The notes under the pieces were generated by a model, which worked only from the letters and a program-made list of their open reading frames with translations, was not told the DNA's origin and did not search any database. A program made the translations under genes and the position numbers. A DNA stretch of 61,639 bases, counting the filler, from Circinaria calcarea (lineage: Eukaryota), in NCBI GenBank assembly GCA_051942165.1. It is 23 parts of 23 records of this genome, joined end to end, with 100 filler letters (N's around TTAATTAATTAA, not from the genome) between each part and the next. Parts side by side here need not be neighbours in the genome. Positions count along the whole stretch, not along the records: positions 1 to 2,602 come from JAVECS010003402.1; positions 2,703 to 5,304 come from JAVECS010003403.1; positions 5,405 to 8,006 come from JAVECS010003404.1; positions 8,107 to 10,704 come from JAVECS010003405.1; positions 10,805 to 13,401 come from JAVECS010003406.1; 18 more parts are not named here. One strand, 5' to 3'. Shown in pieces: positions 1-11,437 of the stretch. Positions within the stretch are counted from its first letter, which is position 1, and each line of letters starts with the position of its first letter.

Positions 1-1
1 A

Positions 2-1069
2 GATCCAGTTATATACCGCTGCAACCCGCAACCACATCATCGAACAGGAGACAAGTGGAAAATCTACCCGACATACGATTTTTGTGTGCCTATTGTTGAT
101 TCTCTTGAAGGTGTCACGCATGCTCTAAGAACGATTGAATATCGAGACCGCAATCCTCAGTACGAGTGGATGCAGGAGGCTCTCAGTCTTCGAAAGGTGC
201 ATATTTGGGATTTTGCCCGCATGAACTTTGTTCGTACTCTCCTATCGAAACGAAAGCTCACCAAATTCGTCGAACAAGGTATAGTCTGGGGCTGGGATGA
301 CCCCCGATTTCCGACTATCAGAGGGATCAGACGAAGAGGAATGACAATCGAAGCCCTTCGCGAATTTATCCTTAAGCAAGGTCCCAGCCGAAACATCGTC
401 AACCTTGATTGGACCCTCTTTTGGGCAACAAACAAAAAGTACATCGATCCTATCGCACCCCGTCACACGGCCGTCACCAAGGAGAAAGCCGTTCCGACCA
501 CAATCAGAGGCGCCCGAGTAGCTCCCTATACCGAGGATAAACCCAAACACGGCAAGAACCCTTCTCTCGGCACCAAAAAAGTCGCCTTCAGCCAAAACAT
601 CCTCATCGACCAAGAAGACGCCGCCACATTCGCCCAGGACGAAGAAATCACCCTCATGAACTGGGGCAACGCCATCGTCCGCAAAATCACACATTCCCTC
701 AACCCCCTCTCCCTCTCTACGGTCACGCATCTCGAGCTTGATTTGCACCTCCAAGGGGACGTCAAAACCACGGCCAAGAAAATCACATGGCTCTCGACCG
801 AGGGACAAGAGTTGATTCCCGTCGAACTCGTCGATTTCGATTTCCTGATCAGCAAGGATAAGATCGAGGAGGATGAAAAGGTGGAGGATTTCTTAACACC
901 GGTGACGGAGTTCCGAACGCCCGCGCTGGCGGATGGAAATGTGGCGGCGTTGAGGCAGCATGAGGTGATTCAGTTTGAGCGGAAGGGATATTTCCGCGTT
1001 GATCGGGCTTTTGGCCATGGGGAGCCGGCGGTGCTGTTTGCCGTTCCCACAGGTAAGGGGGGGAAGTAG
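2..1069 (+). CDS. GUS1: Cytosolic glutamyl-tRNA synthetase, C-terminal part (5'-partial)
   Basis: The frame is open from base 2: DPVIYRCNPQPHHRTGDKWKIYPTYDFCVPIVDSLEGVTHALRT, LLSKRKL (KMSKS-equivalent), GWDDPRFPTIRGIRRRG, QFERKGYFRVD. These are GlxRS motifs of the eukaryotic GluRS type. Confidence 0.92.
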   Translation, partial: DPVIYRCNPQPHHRTGDKWKIYPTYDFCVPIVDSLEGVTHALRTIEYRDRNPQYEWMQEALSLRKVHIWDFARMNFVRTLLSKRKLTKFVEQGIVWGWDDPRFPTIRGIRRRGMTIEALREFILKQGPSRNIVNLDWTLFWATNKKYIDPIAPRHTAVTKEKAVPTTIRGARVAPYTEDKPKHGKNPSLGTKKVAFSQNILIDQEDAATFAQDEEITLMNWGNAIVRKITHSLNPLSLSTVTHLELDLHLQGDVKTTAKKITWLSTEGQELIPVELVDFDFLISKDKIEEDEKVEDFLTPVTEFRTPALADGNVAALRQHEVIQFERKGYFRVDRAFGHGEPAVLFAVPTGKGGK

Positions 1070-2602
1070 GCTATAGGTAGAAAGGTGTATTTGAGACGAT
1101 ATGATGCGAATGGCAAATAAACAAAGTCTTTCCCCAGATGGTGAAAATAATTGGATTGTCATTCACGGGAAGTATATTCCCTTTTTTCTTTTCTTTTTTT
1201 TTTCTTTTTTTTCTGGGATTCTTGAAAAAGCAACCAGTCCCGTAAAGTTCGGTAACCCCACCCACCTACTTTACCTTCCCTTCCCTTCCCTTCCCTTACC
1301 CTTATCCTGATTCAGTCATTCGAAACACTACGGAATACAAAATCAAAGAAAGACTTTTGCCCTTGTTTTCACCTATTAATCTAATCTGTATCTGATCTGA
1401 TCTGATCTGGATCCAATCTACGGAGTTTACCTCGGGCATACTTGTTAAGAACTTCACTCCGAGCCTAAAAAAAAGCCCCCCTTTCCCCCCAATAGAAAAC
1501 AAAGCTCCTCTCGCTCGCTCACTCACTGACAAGACTTCCCCCTTGAATCCAAACGAGCGCGCTTACCTACCTCACTTGACCCGTGTTTCCCTTGGTCCTT
1601 TGGACCTTGGGACCTTAATCCAACCGAGCCGAGTCGAGTCGAGTCGAGCCGGAACCTCAAATAAGGTACACTTTCCCAACCTAGGTATTCAAACATTCCA
1701 AACAGTTCACATACATCCATTACGGAGTACAGGCATGCCAAAATGAAAAAACCCCCATCCCATCCCACGCCTCGCGGACTTTTCACTTTTCCACCGCTCT
1801 ATCGAAATCTCTCTTTTTTTTTGTTTTTTCCCAAAGAAAATCCCCATCTCATCCCATCCAATCTCCAGCCAATCCCTGCATTACGCTACGTTACGTTGCG
1901 TTTGGCGGAGAGAACTCAATTGTCAAATCATATCTCCCTCCCTCCTCATCGTTTGGAAGCAATGCAAGGCAAGCGAGCCAAACGAAAAAAAGGTCGAGCA
2001 ACGTCGGCTCTGATGCAGATGGATAGGTTGAGAAGGTCGAAGGTTTTTGAGAACGAGGGAGGAGGAAGGAAAGGGACCAATCCTGTTTCGCCTACCCCAC
2101 GCTATAGTAATATTTCAAAAGGCGTTTTGAAAAGACGAGCATCAGTGCTATCGATGGTGATCAAGGCTTCCCAATAGTGCAGCCGGTGCAGTACAGAGCA
2201 GTGCACTGCACTGCGCACTGCCAAAGCTTCATATAAATAGCGTAGAAGCCTCCAACCTTCCACTCCTCCACCCCACAGTACCTTGATAGTTGGAATCCAT
2301 CTCTTCTATGATCTATAAGAACCTCGCCCATAGCCCAATGCGCGGAGGTACTGTCCAATAGTATAAAAAGGCGGAGGCTGATGGACGAAGGCAAATAGTA
2401 AAGGGAATAAAGAAAATCCGTTCCGCGTAAAACTTAGTGTATAGCTCGGGGATTAATACGGAACTAAAATTATAAATTATTAATTATCACGATCTTTTCT
2501 AGGTGTGGTGGTTTTTTTTTTTTTTAAAATTACAACGATATGGGTTTAAAAATCTATTTAATTAGGCTTAGCTTCAGGGTCTAAGGGTATTAAATTTTAT
2601 AT

Positions 2603-2702
2603 NNNNNNNNNNNNNNNNNNNNNNNNNNNNNNNNNNNNNNNNNNNNTTAATTAATTAANNNNNNNNNNNNNNNNNNNNNNNNNNNNNNNNNNNNNNNNNN
2701 NN
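2603..2702. other. Artificial contig spacer (44 N + TTAATTAATTAA + 44 N), first of 22
   Basis: The same 100-nt spacer starts at 2603, 5305, 8007, 10705, 13402, 16095, 18787, 21475, 24161, 26846, 29528, 32210, 34891, 37571, 40250, 42929, 45606, 48282, 50957, 53631, 56302 and 58972. TTAATTAATTAA gives stops in all six frames. Confidence 0.99.
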
Positions 2703-3909
2703 TAGGCAGGCAAGTCCCTGCATCCGATGCCATACATCGATAAAAGACGCATGTAGACCCAGTAATGTCAAGCAGAGCGGGGATGAAATGAAGTGGAGAT
2801 ACTGCAGGAGAGTCTTGGTAGAGAGCAGTGCGTAACAATCAAGGCGAAAGAGGATGTAGTTGTCTCCGTGAGCATTCACCTCCACCAGATATATTATCTA
2901 ATAGGCTGCAATCTACTCGGACCCTACTTCGGTCTTCAACGTGGGAAAATCATAGATTCTTCTGCTTAAGGGTGGAACGACATCCAGGCGACCCAGTTGT
3001 AGATGGCCTCGATAAGGCCAGAAAATGCTGCTACCGAATCTTCAGGGCCGAGGAGCATTGAGATGATCATTCCAACCACACCAGAGAATGGCCGAAGAGG
3101 ATGCCGATCCCCTCAACCAATAGTGGCTTGACTATCTCACACCCTGTATAGTAGTAGCCTTACTAACAACTCCTGGCCACCCTGCATATAGACGACATCT
3201 TTTGAATCTATCTTGGTCTTCGTGCACGGATAATTAGTATGGAGAGCTCTTTTGAGGCGGGTGAGTAGAAGCCGTTTCCGAAAATACAGTGTAGGACTGG
3301 AAGGACCTCACCCCAGCAAGAGTGATAGCTCAACGAGTAATATAAGATGTTGAAGCTGTTCTAAAGGCTTAATCTATAGGTAGTGGGAATGGAGTATCCT
3401 TCACATGCTGATTATTTTTCATTGGTGATTGTCCGGGACGGTTCAGGGCTCTGGAGAAACTATAATCCGGCTTCCGGATTAGGCTTACCTATCGTACCAT
3501 TCATAGACTTCGAATTAGAAAAGAGGCTGACTTACCTCCTCAATCAGCTCCATAGTAAGCTCTAGCAGACGCGGTCTACAACTCTTTTACTTGATGAAGT
3601 TATGAGCGTTTCCGCAAAGAAGGATGTTAGTTTGCTGTATGGTTGAACGAACAAGCGACGCAACAGGAAGAGTCTGTACCAAAATCCATTAGTATTGTTC
3701 TCAAAGTATTCTGCGTTGTACTCTCCAAACGGATGCGATTATCTGTAGACAAGTCCTTTGTATATGTTGTAATGCATTTGGCAAGCTGTTATACTCTGTA
3801 CTTTATATACCGTTTTGTCTTCTCAGACTGCGTTCTTGCCTAGGGGATGAAGTCATGAGCAAATGGGATCCTATTCCTTCGGATATATAGACAAGGCCTC
3901 TATTGCTTC

Positions 3910-5304
3910 ATGATGGATCGTCATAATGAAGCGGTATCTACCATCGTCAAGGCAGTCCAAGGATTCTACAGTCGCAAAGAAGCATATCGAATCTATCACG
4001 GCTCCACCAATTCCACCCGCCTCGTCACTTTTGACCCAGCTAAAATCGTCGACGTCAGCAGCCTTTCAAACATCCTTGAGATTGACACAAACCGAAAAGT
4101 CGCACTCGTGGAACCCAATGTCCCCATGGACATTCTTGTAAGAGCAACCCTAAAGCACGGTCTACTCCCGCCGGTGGTCCCTGAATTCCCAGGCATCACA
4201 GTCGGAGGAAGTTTCTCGGGTACAGCTGGCGAAAGTAGCTCTTTTAAATACGGATTCTTCGACCGGACAGTCAACTGGTGCACAATAGTACTTGCCAACG
4301 GAGATACCATCAAGGCCTCCCCCACCGAAAACCCCGACCTCTTCTACGGTGCAACTGGCGCGTTCGGGACCCTCGGCGTCACTACCCTCTTCGAAATACA
4401 ACTGATACCAGCCACAACATACGTCGAGCTTACCTATCTCCCCGTCAAGAACGCCGCAGAAGCCATCTCCGCAATCACCAAAGCCTCTCAAGAATCCTAT
4501 GACTACATCGACGGCATTCTCTTCTCCCTAGACTATGGCGTTGTCATGCTGGGTCGCCTCACCTCCACCCTGGCTCACAAGATCCAGCGCTTCACCCGTG
4601 CCCACGATCCCTGGTTCTATCTGCACGTCCGCAAAGCCGGCTCAACAACTGAGTGCATCCCCATCCAAGACTACCTCTTCCGCTACGACCGCGGCGCCTT
4701 CTGGATGGGCGCCTACTCGTTCCAGATGTTCTGGACACCCTTCAACAGAGTCACCCGCTGGCTCCTCGATCCTCTCTTGCATACCCGGAAAATGTACGAA
4801 GCCCTGCACGCCAGCGGGCAGGCTCAAACGTTCATAATCCAAGATTTGGCGTTACCGAACGAGACCGCGGAGAAATTCATCGAGTATGTAGATCAGAATC
4901 TCTCCATCTACCCGCTCTGGCTCTGCCCCCTCCGTCCCGACTCCAAAGCCCCCATGCACTCACCCCCAGAAACCCTCTTTGCCGCCCCCTCTCCGGCTTC
5001 TCCAACAACCCTCCTCATCAACATTGGCGTCTGGGGTCCGCACTGGGGATCCTTCTCCGCCTTCAAAGACGCCAACCGCGCCCTCGAGCGTAAAGTGCAA
5101 GAACTCGGGGGCTTGAAATGGTTGTACGCGCACGCGTACTACACAGAAGACGAGTTCTGGGGCATCTATGGACGGGAGTGGTATGATGGGTTGAGAGCCA
5201 AGTATCATGCCGAGGGTTTGCCGAGTGTGTGGGAGAAGGTGAAGGCGAAGGAGGGGTTTGTGGAGACGAAGGTGCTGAGGGGGGTGTTGAAGACGGTGGC
5301 GGGG
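3910..5304 (+). CDS. FAD-linked oxidoreductase, delta24-sterol reductase (DHCR24/DIMINUTO)-like, 3'-partial
   Basis: Intronless ORF with FAD_binding_4-type motifs VEPNVPM, PVVPEFPGITVGGSFSGTAGESSSFKYG and GAFGTLG, plus IYPLWLCP and KWLYAHAYYTEDEFW. Confidence 0.8.
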
Positions 5305-5404
5305 NNNNNNNNNNNNNNNNNNNNNNNNNNNNNNNNNNNNNNNNNNNNTTAATTAATTAANNNNNNNNNNNNNNNNNNNNNNNNNNNNNNNNNNNNNNNN
5401 NNNN

Positions 5405-8006
5405 GGTAGTTTCCCCTGCGGATCGCTGAAGGATGACGTATCGTGCAAAGTAGACACGAGCTTCAATTTCTTGCATCGGCTGCTTTTGTGTTGCAGCATC
5501 CAAGGCTAGATTGTGGCATTCTTCCCGATTCTTTGCGAAATCTACCCGTAAAGTAGCTCTTGTCCAATGATAAGGCGACGTCCGATTGCCAGCCTGCTCT
5601 TCATGGACTTTGATGAAGTCTGATAGGATTATAAGGTCACATCTGATGGCAAGGGTAGTCGCTAATAGTCGCTCACGTACTCGAAGGATGTTTCCTTCAA
5701 TGGGAAATTCGATAGCTTGCCCTGTGGCTCTTCGAAACTCTTGGACCATTTGAAATACTCGTCCAAATGGCTGCTCTGCCTCTCGAACTTTGCGCTGGAA
5801 AATCCGAATCTCTGAGCGTAATTTGAGTATAGGTTCGTATCTAGAAGAAAGTCCCACTAGCATCTTAATTTGCCGAATCTGGCTATCTCGTGAGGCTCGT
5901 AGTGTAATTTCAAGTGGATCTATTGTAGAACTTTGATGATCCGTAGATTTCCTTGCTTGAATGGAGATGCTAGCTTTGGTCTCCGACAGATTAACCTCTT
6001 GTTCCTGTAATCGTTGCTCTAAGGGAACAAAGGAGTTGTTTGCCCAAATGATGTATCTTTTAGTAGACTCGTCAATCAAACCTCGCTTGACAATGCGGTT
6101 GTATCGATGTATGTCCCGCAAAGGTTGTCGGCACATTGGGCAGGCCTTTGCATCGTCCACAGAGAATGGCCTGGAAGAACCAAGCACGGTTCCGAGATTA
6201 CCGTTGTCGCTTATCTCGTAATATTGAGACATCTCCATGTGGCCGTCCATGCTAGATTTTGTTAATACGTGACCGCACGCAGGAATGATGACAGGATCTT
6301 CATCCAGATTTGCTTCTCGGTATGTGCTGCATTCAATAAAATCAACCATGGTGTCCAACACCTCTGGCAAGCCACACTGCTGGCAGAATTTCACAGGAGG
6401 ACACCGCTCTCCACAAAGTGACGGGCATTGATGTCCACAAGCAAGTATCTCACTGCAGCGGTTGGAGCAGGGTATGACACTGCATGGTACAGCACATGGT
6501 AGTTGACATTGTCCTTGGTGATGGCAACCAGCAAGGCAAGCTTCTGCACAAGGAGCACAAGGCTCTCGACAGTCTTTGCCACACCTCGAATGGCTGCAAG
6601 CGATCTGACATTTTTCGGAACATAAGGAGCATGGATCTTTCCCATGACAGAAGGCTGTGCATGCATGATTGCAGCTAGTGTAGGGCCGCCCACATGGCGT
6701 AGTACAGGCGCCGTGACTAATTTGCAATATACCATCCCCATCTCTGGATCTGCACGATCTACAAAGCCTCTGGCATTTATGACCGCAGGGTAAATCTGAG
6801 TTGCAGGTTGAGCGACACTGAAAGTCGATGTCTGATGTAGATTTGCAACAGGGTACGAGGACCCTGTGACCACACCCAGGTACTTCCTTCTCCACATACT
6901 CCTGACATTTCAGAACAGAAGGCTCCTGTGCTTCATGACATTTTGCTGTCTTTATCTTATGGCCACACGGCAAGAGAACCTTTTTAACCACAGCCTGGCA
7001 GTGCAGATGGCATGGCTCGCCACATCTTCGAGGACAGATGTGTTCACAGGTATCTCGGCGCCTAGGGCAAGGCTCTTGACAAACCGCTACTTCATGACGT
7101 GATATGCTGTGGCACTTGAATGTACAGGCATGACCACATTCCATTCTTAGACCACAGGGTAGATTGCAGCCGCCTTCAGGTGCAAGCCGGGAGAAGTCAT
7201 CCGCGGAGGCAACCTCGATTTCTGTATCCGGATGTCTGGGGCAGCATAACGAGAGCATTGGACCAAGATTCTGACCCTGCTTTAGTATGTTAATAACATC
7301 AGCCCACATAGGGATTCCGCTGTAAGTTTCTGAATTTCCTATCAAATACATCCCATGCCGCGCCCGACTATACCGTTGAATCAGTAAACGTTCATACGTC
7401 AACATCACTGAAAGGGGTCCGTCACCTTAAGAGAACGTTTATTCGATTGGTGGTCCTCAAGAAACCACAGGCCTTATCCCCATTGCTTCGAACCAGTGAT
7501 ACGATTATCACATTTGCTTCCTCCCCTTGGAAATTATCGACCGTGGCAAGACGAAGTCGCTGCGACAAGGTTACGCGTGTTGAAGTTAGAGTACTGGCTG
7601 ACTTGAGATTCAAACGGTCTTCTGATGAACGGGTAACCATGGCAGCCTCCTGCTTTTCAAGTTCTTCTTCATCCCGGTCTCCTACGACAATCTCGAACGA
7701 GGCACCCAGCAGGTATTTAATCTTTTGTAACTGGCGGACATATGGAGTCAAGACCGCAATTTCCTCGCTTTTATAGACACCTTGGCGTACGAGGTGTGTT
7801 ACCACTGCTGCCACAGTTTCTATCTCCCAGTTATTCCAATGCGAAGTTTGGAAAGGTTGGGCCTGATCAACTCCTCCTTCAGGCTCGCGATGGTCAAGCC
7901 AAAAAAGACGCTTACGCATACCAATCACTGGTGGATAGTTACTGACCACCTCATGGTCCATGAGGTTCGGGTAAATTGTTCGCCGAATGAGCTTCGAGAT
8001 GCTTGG
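5405..8006 (-). CDS. ZNFX1-like Upf1-family (SF1) helicase with NF-X1 zinc fingers, internal fragment
   Basis: Helicase C-terminal motifs IAVLTPYVRQ and TVDNFQGEEANVIIVSLVRSN...NRINVLL|SRARHGMYLIGN, joined across a 58-nt GT-AG intron at 7368-7425. These are followed by tandem CGH-x-C-x3-C fingers and a CGH...CPMCRQP RING-like segment. Confidence 0.87.
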
Positions 8007-8106
8007 NNNNNNNNNNNNNNNNNNNNNNNNNNNNNNNNNNNNNNNNNNNNTTAATTAATTAANNNNNNNNNNNNNNNNNNNNNNNNNNNNNNNNNNNNNN
8101 NNNNNN

Positions 8107-10646
8107 AGTACGCTCGGACCATTGGACACCAATGATTAAATTGTTGCTGGAAGTACTCCTTCTTTAATAGCCAATCAAGGCAAAGATCGCGTTTCCTGCA
8201 GTCATTGCTGGTAATGAAGCCCCAAAGCCCGTACAAGAATGCGTACAGGCGAACCTCTGTCATGCTGTTACTGCTCTCCGCCATCTTCTTACAGACCTCG
8301 AGCCAAAAGGACCAGTCCAAAAACGATGCTGGGTCTTCGGAATCATCGTAGTACCGGGCCATGATCACAAATGCTTCTTCCAAGAAGTCACAAAGGGTGA
8401 AGCAGGCGTTATGGTCATATACGGATGTTCGCCGAGATGCCGCCTTCAGTAAGTCTCCGAACGATTCCGCAAAGGCCCTGCGGACAGTCTCGGTGACGTT
8501 TGAAGTATCTGATAGAAACTCTCTTAAGAGCATGATAAGCCTGTTTTCAGCCATCAACCGAATGGTGTTTGGCGCAGCCAGTGGTAAAGCCGTAGCCGAT
8601 GCTTCGGCTCCTAAAACATCGTCAAAGGTAATCGGTTGGGGCCCCTTTGGTGCTTCCGTGTGCGGTTGGCCGATGGACCGGTGAATAGTTCCGTCTAAAA
8701 CTGCCAACAGCTGTGCCTGGGCTAGAGCATAGCATGGCGCACAAGCCCTCTCAGTCTTCGTGGTTGTTTCCGGTAGATGGTCGTGGATTAATACATGAAA
8801 GTGTTTGATGAATACAAAGAACAGATCAGAGTCCCGCCCTGCCCAACGACCAACCCAAGGGCCATACCAAGGTATGTACGCTGAACTTAAAGGTAATTGA
8901 GGTATATGCCGTAGATGCCTCATCAAATACGGCAAAGATCTGAACCCCAGCGCTCGTAAGTGTACCGGAAAGTTGACCGAAATCTTCTCGGCTACTAGTC
9001 TCAAGTCTGCGTTACGGTAAATGCCAGCCTCATCCAGAACTCGTCGGATGGTTTCAGAAGGAGGCGACCAGAGGCGAACCAAGATCTCTGCGACTCCTGG
9101 ACAGTAAAAGAAGGCATACGCAGCTGCTTTGCCACAGAACGTAACAAGGCTAGCTGGGATATTCCGCATCGACATTTTATCAACCACAAACGCCATTTGT
9201 GAAAGCAAGTTCTGCACAAAGGTATTTCGAATGTTGTGTATGACAGATTCGGCGAGAAACTCCGAAGCCGTTGACTCTAATGAAGTAGAAGATCTTGACT
9301 TCAGGGAAGGGCGTGATCGTTCAGACTTGGCCGCGATTGAAGAAAGAGAATATTTCCATTCGGGTCTAGTCATGATTCCCGTAACTCCTTCAAGGACAGC
9401 AGACCTATCGTTTCCAGAAACCGATTGTCCGTTTCGGCCATTGAGCATCTCTAATAGTCCCGTCCACCACTTGTTCAGGATATTGACTCGTCTGTCAAGG
9501 TCTTCCGCTCGCAGATTCTTATTTGAAGGGTGCTCCATGTACGTCCTTAGAAAAGGGAGGAGAATAGCACGGACTATGCTAGTTTTCTGTAGGCTTGTTT
9601 TGGATAAGAATCTTGGGCGACTGTTAGCATATGTACAGATCAAAACGGGGTCAGGTCAATGTACTTCTGAAACTCGCCATCAAGACTCCGGAAGTTGCTC
9701 CAGAGATCATCCTTCTTACGGGGTGAATCGAGAATTAGACTTTGAAGGCGATCAGAAGAGGTCGACCGGGGCATGATTGGCGGCCTTTCGAGAGGATGAT
9801 GGTCGCGCACAAGTGACGGCAGCCTATCAGTAGAGAAGGATTTTGGTATAGTAGGCACTCCTGGTCTAGCATCGTCTCCTACTGGGGTTCCCTTTCCAAT
9901 GAAGGCACTAAGTGGTCTTTTTGGCTTCCTGCTTATGAAAGACTTTCTCCTTTTGATGAGCTGGTCGCCCTCCGTCATAGGAAGCACCTGGATCTCTACC
10001 GGAGATGCCTTGGTAGGCGACGAGGGATGTATAGATGCTACTGTTAAAATAGCACTACCCTGTGGATGTTCGCCCGAACGACTTGTTGGACTTGGCGATG
10101 GGGAGCGCGAGGCATTGGTCCAAGATTTTCGAGCGAAGCTTGCAAAGGAGCTAGAAACAGATCGTGCCTTTGCTTCCCCCTCTAACCTATCGCTTATGAC
10201 AGCGGCTCTTGATGGGTTAATAAAGTCATCCTTGCCATCTTTCTCCGTAACTGCAAATTTGGATATTGTGAACTTGGGTTTTTGGCTGACTCGACGGGAC
10301 TTCTGGCTAGGATTGTTCTTTTGTATATCTGCCCCCAAGGTAATGCCGGAGATGGAAGCCCCTTTGGACAGAGGTTGCTGGCGAAGTCCATTGTCGAGGT
10401 CGGAAAGAACAGTCTCAGAGTTATTACGTCTGATGGCGCCTGGTCTCACCCCCGGAGAGTTTGAGCTCGGAGAATCCACGATTGAAGGAAGATGTGGACT
10501 GCTTGCTGAACGAAGAATCGCTACAGAATCTGGCGTCTTGTCAGCAGGTTACTTTCCAGAAGACCCATTGGCATACCGAATGAACTTTTGCCAGGCATAG
10601 AAGAACCCGGCGCGAGAGGCGTCGTCGAGACGGTCCTGGACATCAT
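8107..10646 (-). CDS. DUF1765-family protein (YDL073W-like), 3'-partial, at least 3 exons
   Basis: Predicted start MMSRTVS at 10646, with introns at about 10530-10576 and about 9612-9664. A Ser-rich N-terminus is followed by ILNKWWTGLL, FCGKAAAYAFF, WAGRDSDLFFVF, FLDWSFWLEVC and HWCPMVRAY. Confidence 0.75.
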
Positions 10647-10919
10647 CCATGAATCGTGATATAGTTGCTTCACTATAGTTATATTAAAAACAGAAGAGTT
10701 ACCCNNNNNNNNNNNNNNNNNNNNNNNNNNNNNNNNNNNNNNNNNNNNTTAATTAATTAANNNNNNNNNNNNNNNNNNNNNNNNNNNNNNNNNNNNNNNN
10801 NNNNCCGTGGCCGGCGCGGACGTGGTCCGGGCTGGCCGTCAAGGGCGAATGGGCGCGCCGTGGGGAGCTGCGCGGCGGCGGGGTGCCGGACATTCGCCCT
10901 TGACCGCCGGGCAGCTCGC

Positions 10920-11437
10920 CCCGCCGGCACCACCGCTCCCTCCAAAACTTTCACTCCGTCCTTCACAATCGCCATCTTCCCCACCACTGCCCCCTTTCCG
11001 ATCCACACATTATTCCCTATACTGGCCGCCTCAATCACGCAGCCGGGGCCGATGTAAACGTTGTCTCCGATTTTCAGAGGGTGGTAGGAGAAAACGCCGC
11101 GTAGGACTTTGGAGGGCGGGCGCAGGATCGAGCCGGTGGAGATGAAGGAGTAGCGACCGATGGCGACGGCGACGGTGGAAGGGGGGGATTTGGGGTTGGT
11201 GGTCGTAGAGGAAGAGGAGGAGGGGAGCGTGCGGACTAAGTCGCCCCGGATGCAGACGTCGGCTTGGATGACGGTACGGCCGCCTAGGATTATGTTTTGG
11301 GTGCCTTGGATTTGGGAGCGGCGGGAGACTTTGTTGCCGGTGTCCTGGGAATGAGGGTCAGTAGAGTGAATAATGGGGGGAGGTGGGAGAGGATATACTG
11401 TTTCTATGTATTCACCCTTGGCTGCTTTGGGCGGCAT
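10920..11437 (-). CDS. DCTN5: Dynactin subunit 5 (p25), left-handed beta-helix protein; true 3' end missing
   Basis: EYIET|DTGNKVSRRSQIQGTQNIILGGRTVIQADVCIRGDL, then ILRPP...PLKIGDNVYIGPGCVIEAASIG hexapeptide repeats. A 54-nt intron lies at 11345-11398. Confidence 0.88.

Noticed and set aside
1270..2225. Short ORFs and simple repeats (ttccc, tctga, gagtc, tgcac) downstream of GluRS
   Set aside because: Low-complexity intergenic microsatellites with no protein-like signal.
2260..3600. AT-rich end of contig 1 and possibly decayed coding sequence at the start of contig 2
   Set aside because: The frames I translated had stops and no recognisable motif, so nothing could be assigned.
9129..10600. 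Long plus-strand ORFs opposite the DUF1765 gene, and similar antisense ORFs opposite GluRS, ORC4, the MFS gene and TRM61
   Set aside because: Shadow ORFs of well-supported genes on the other strand.
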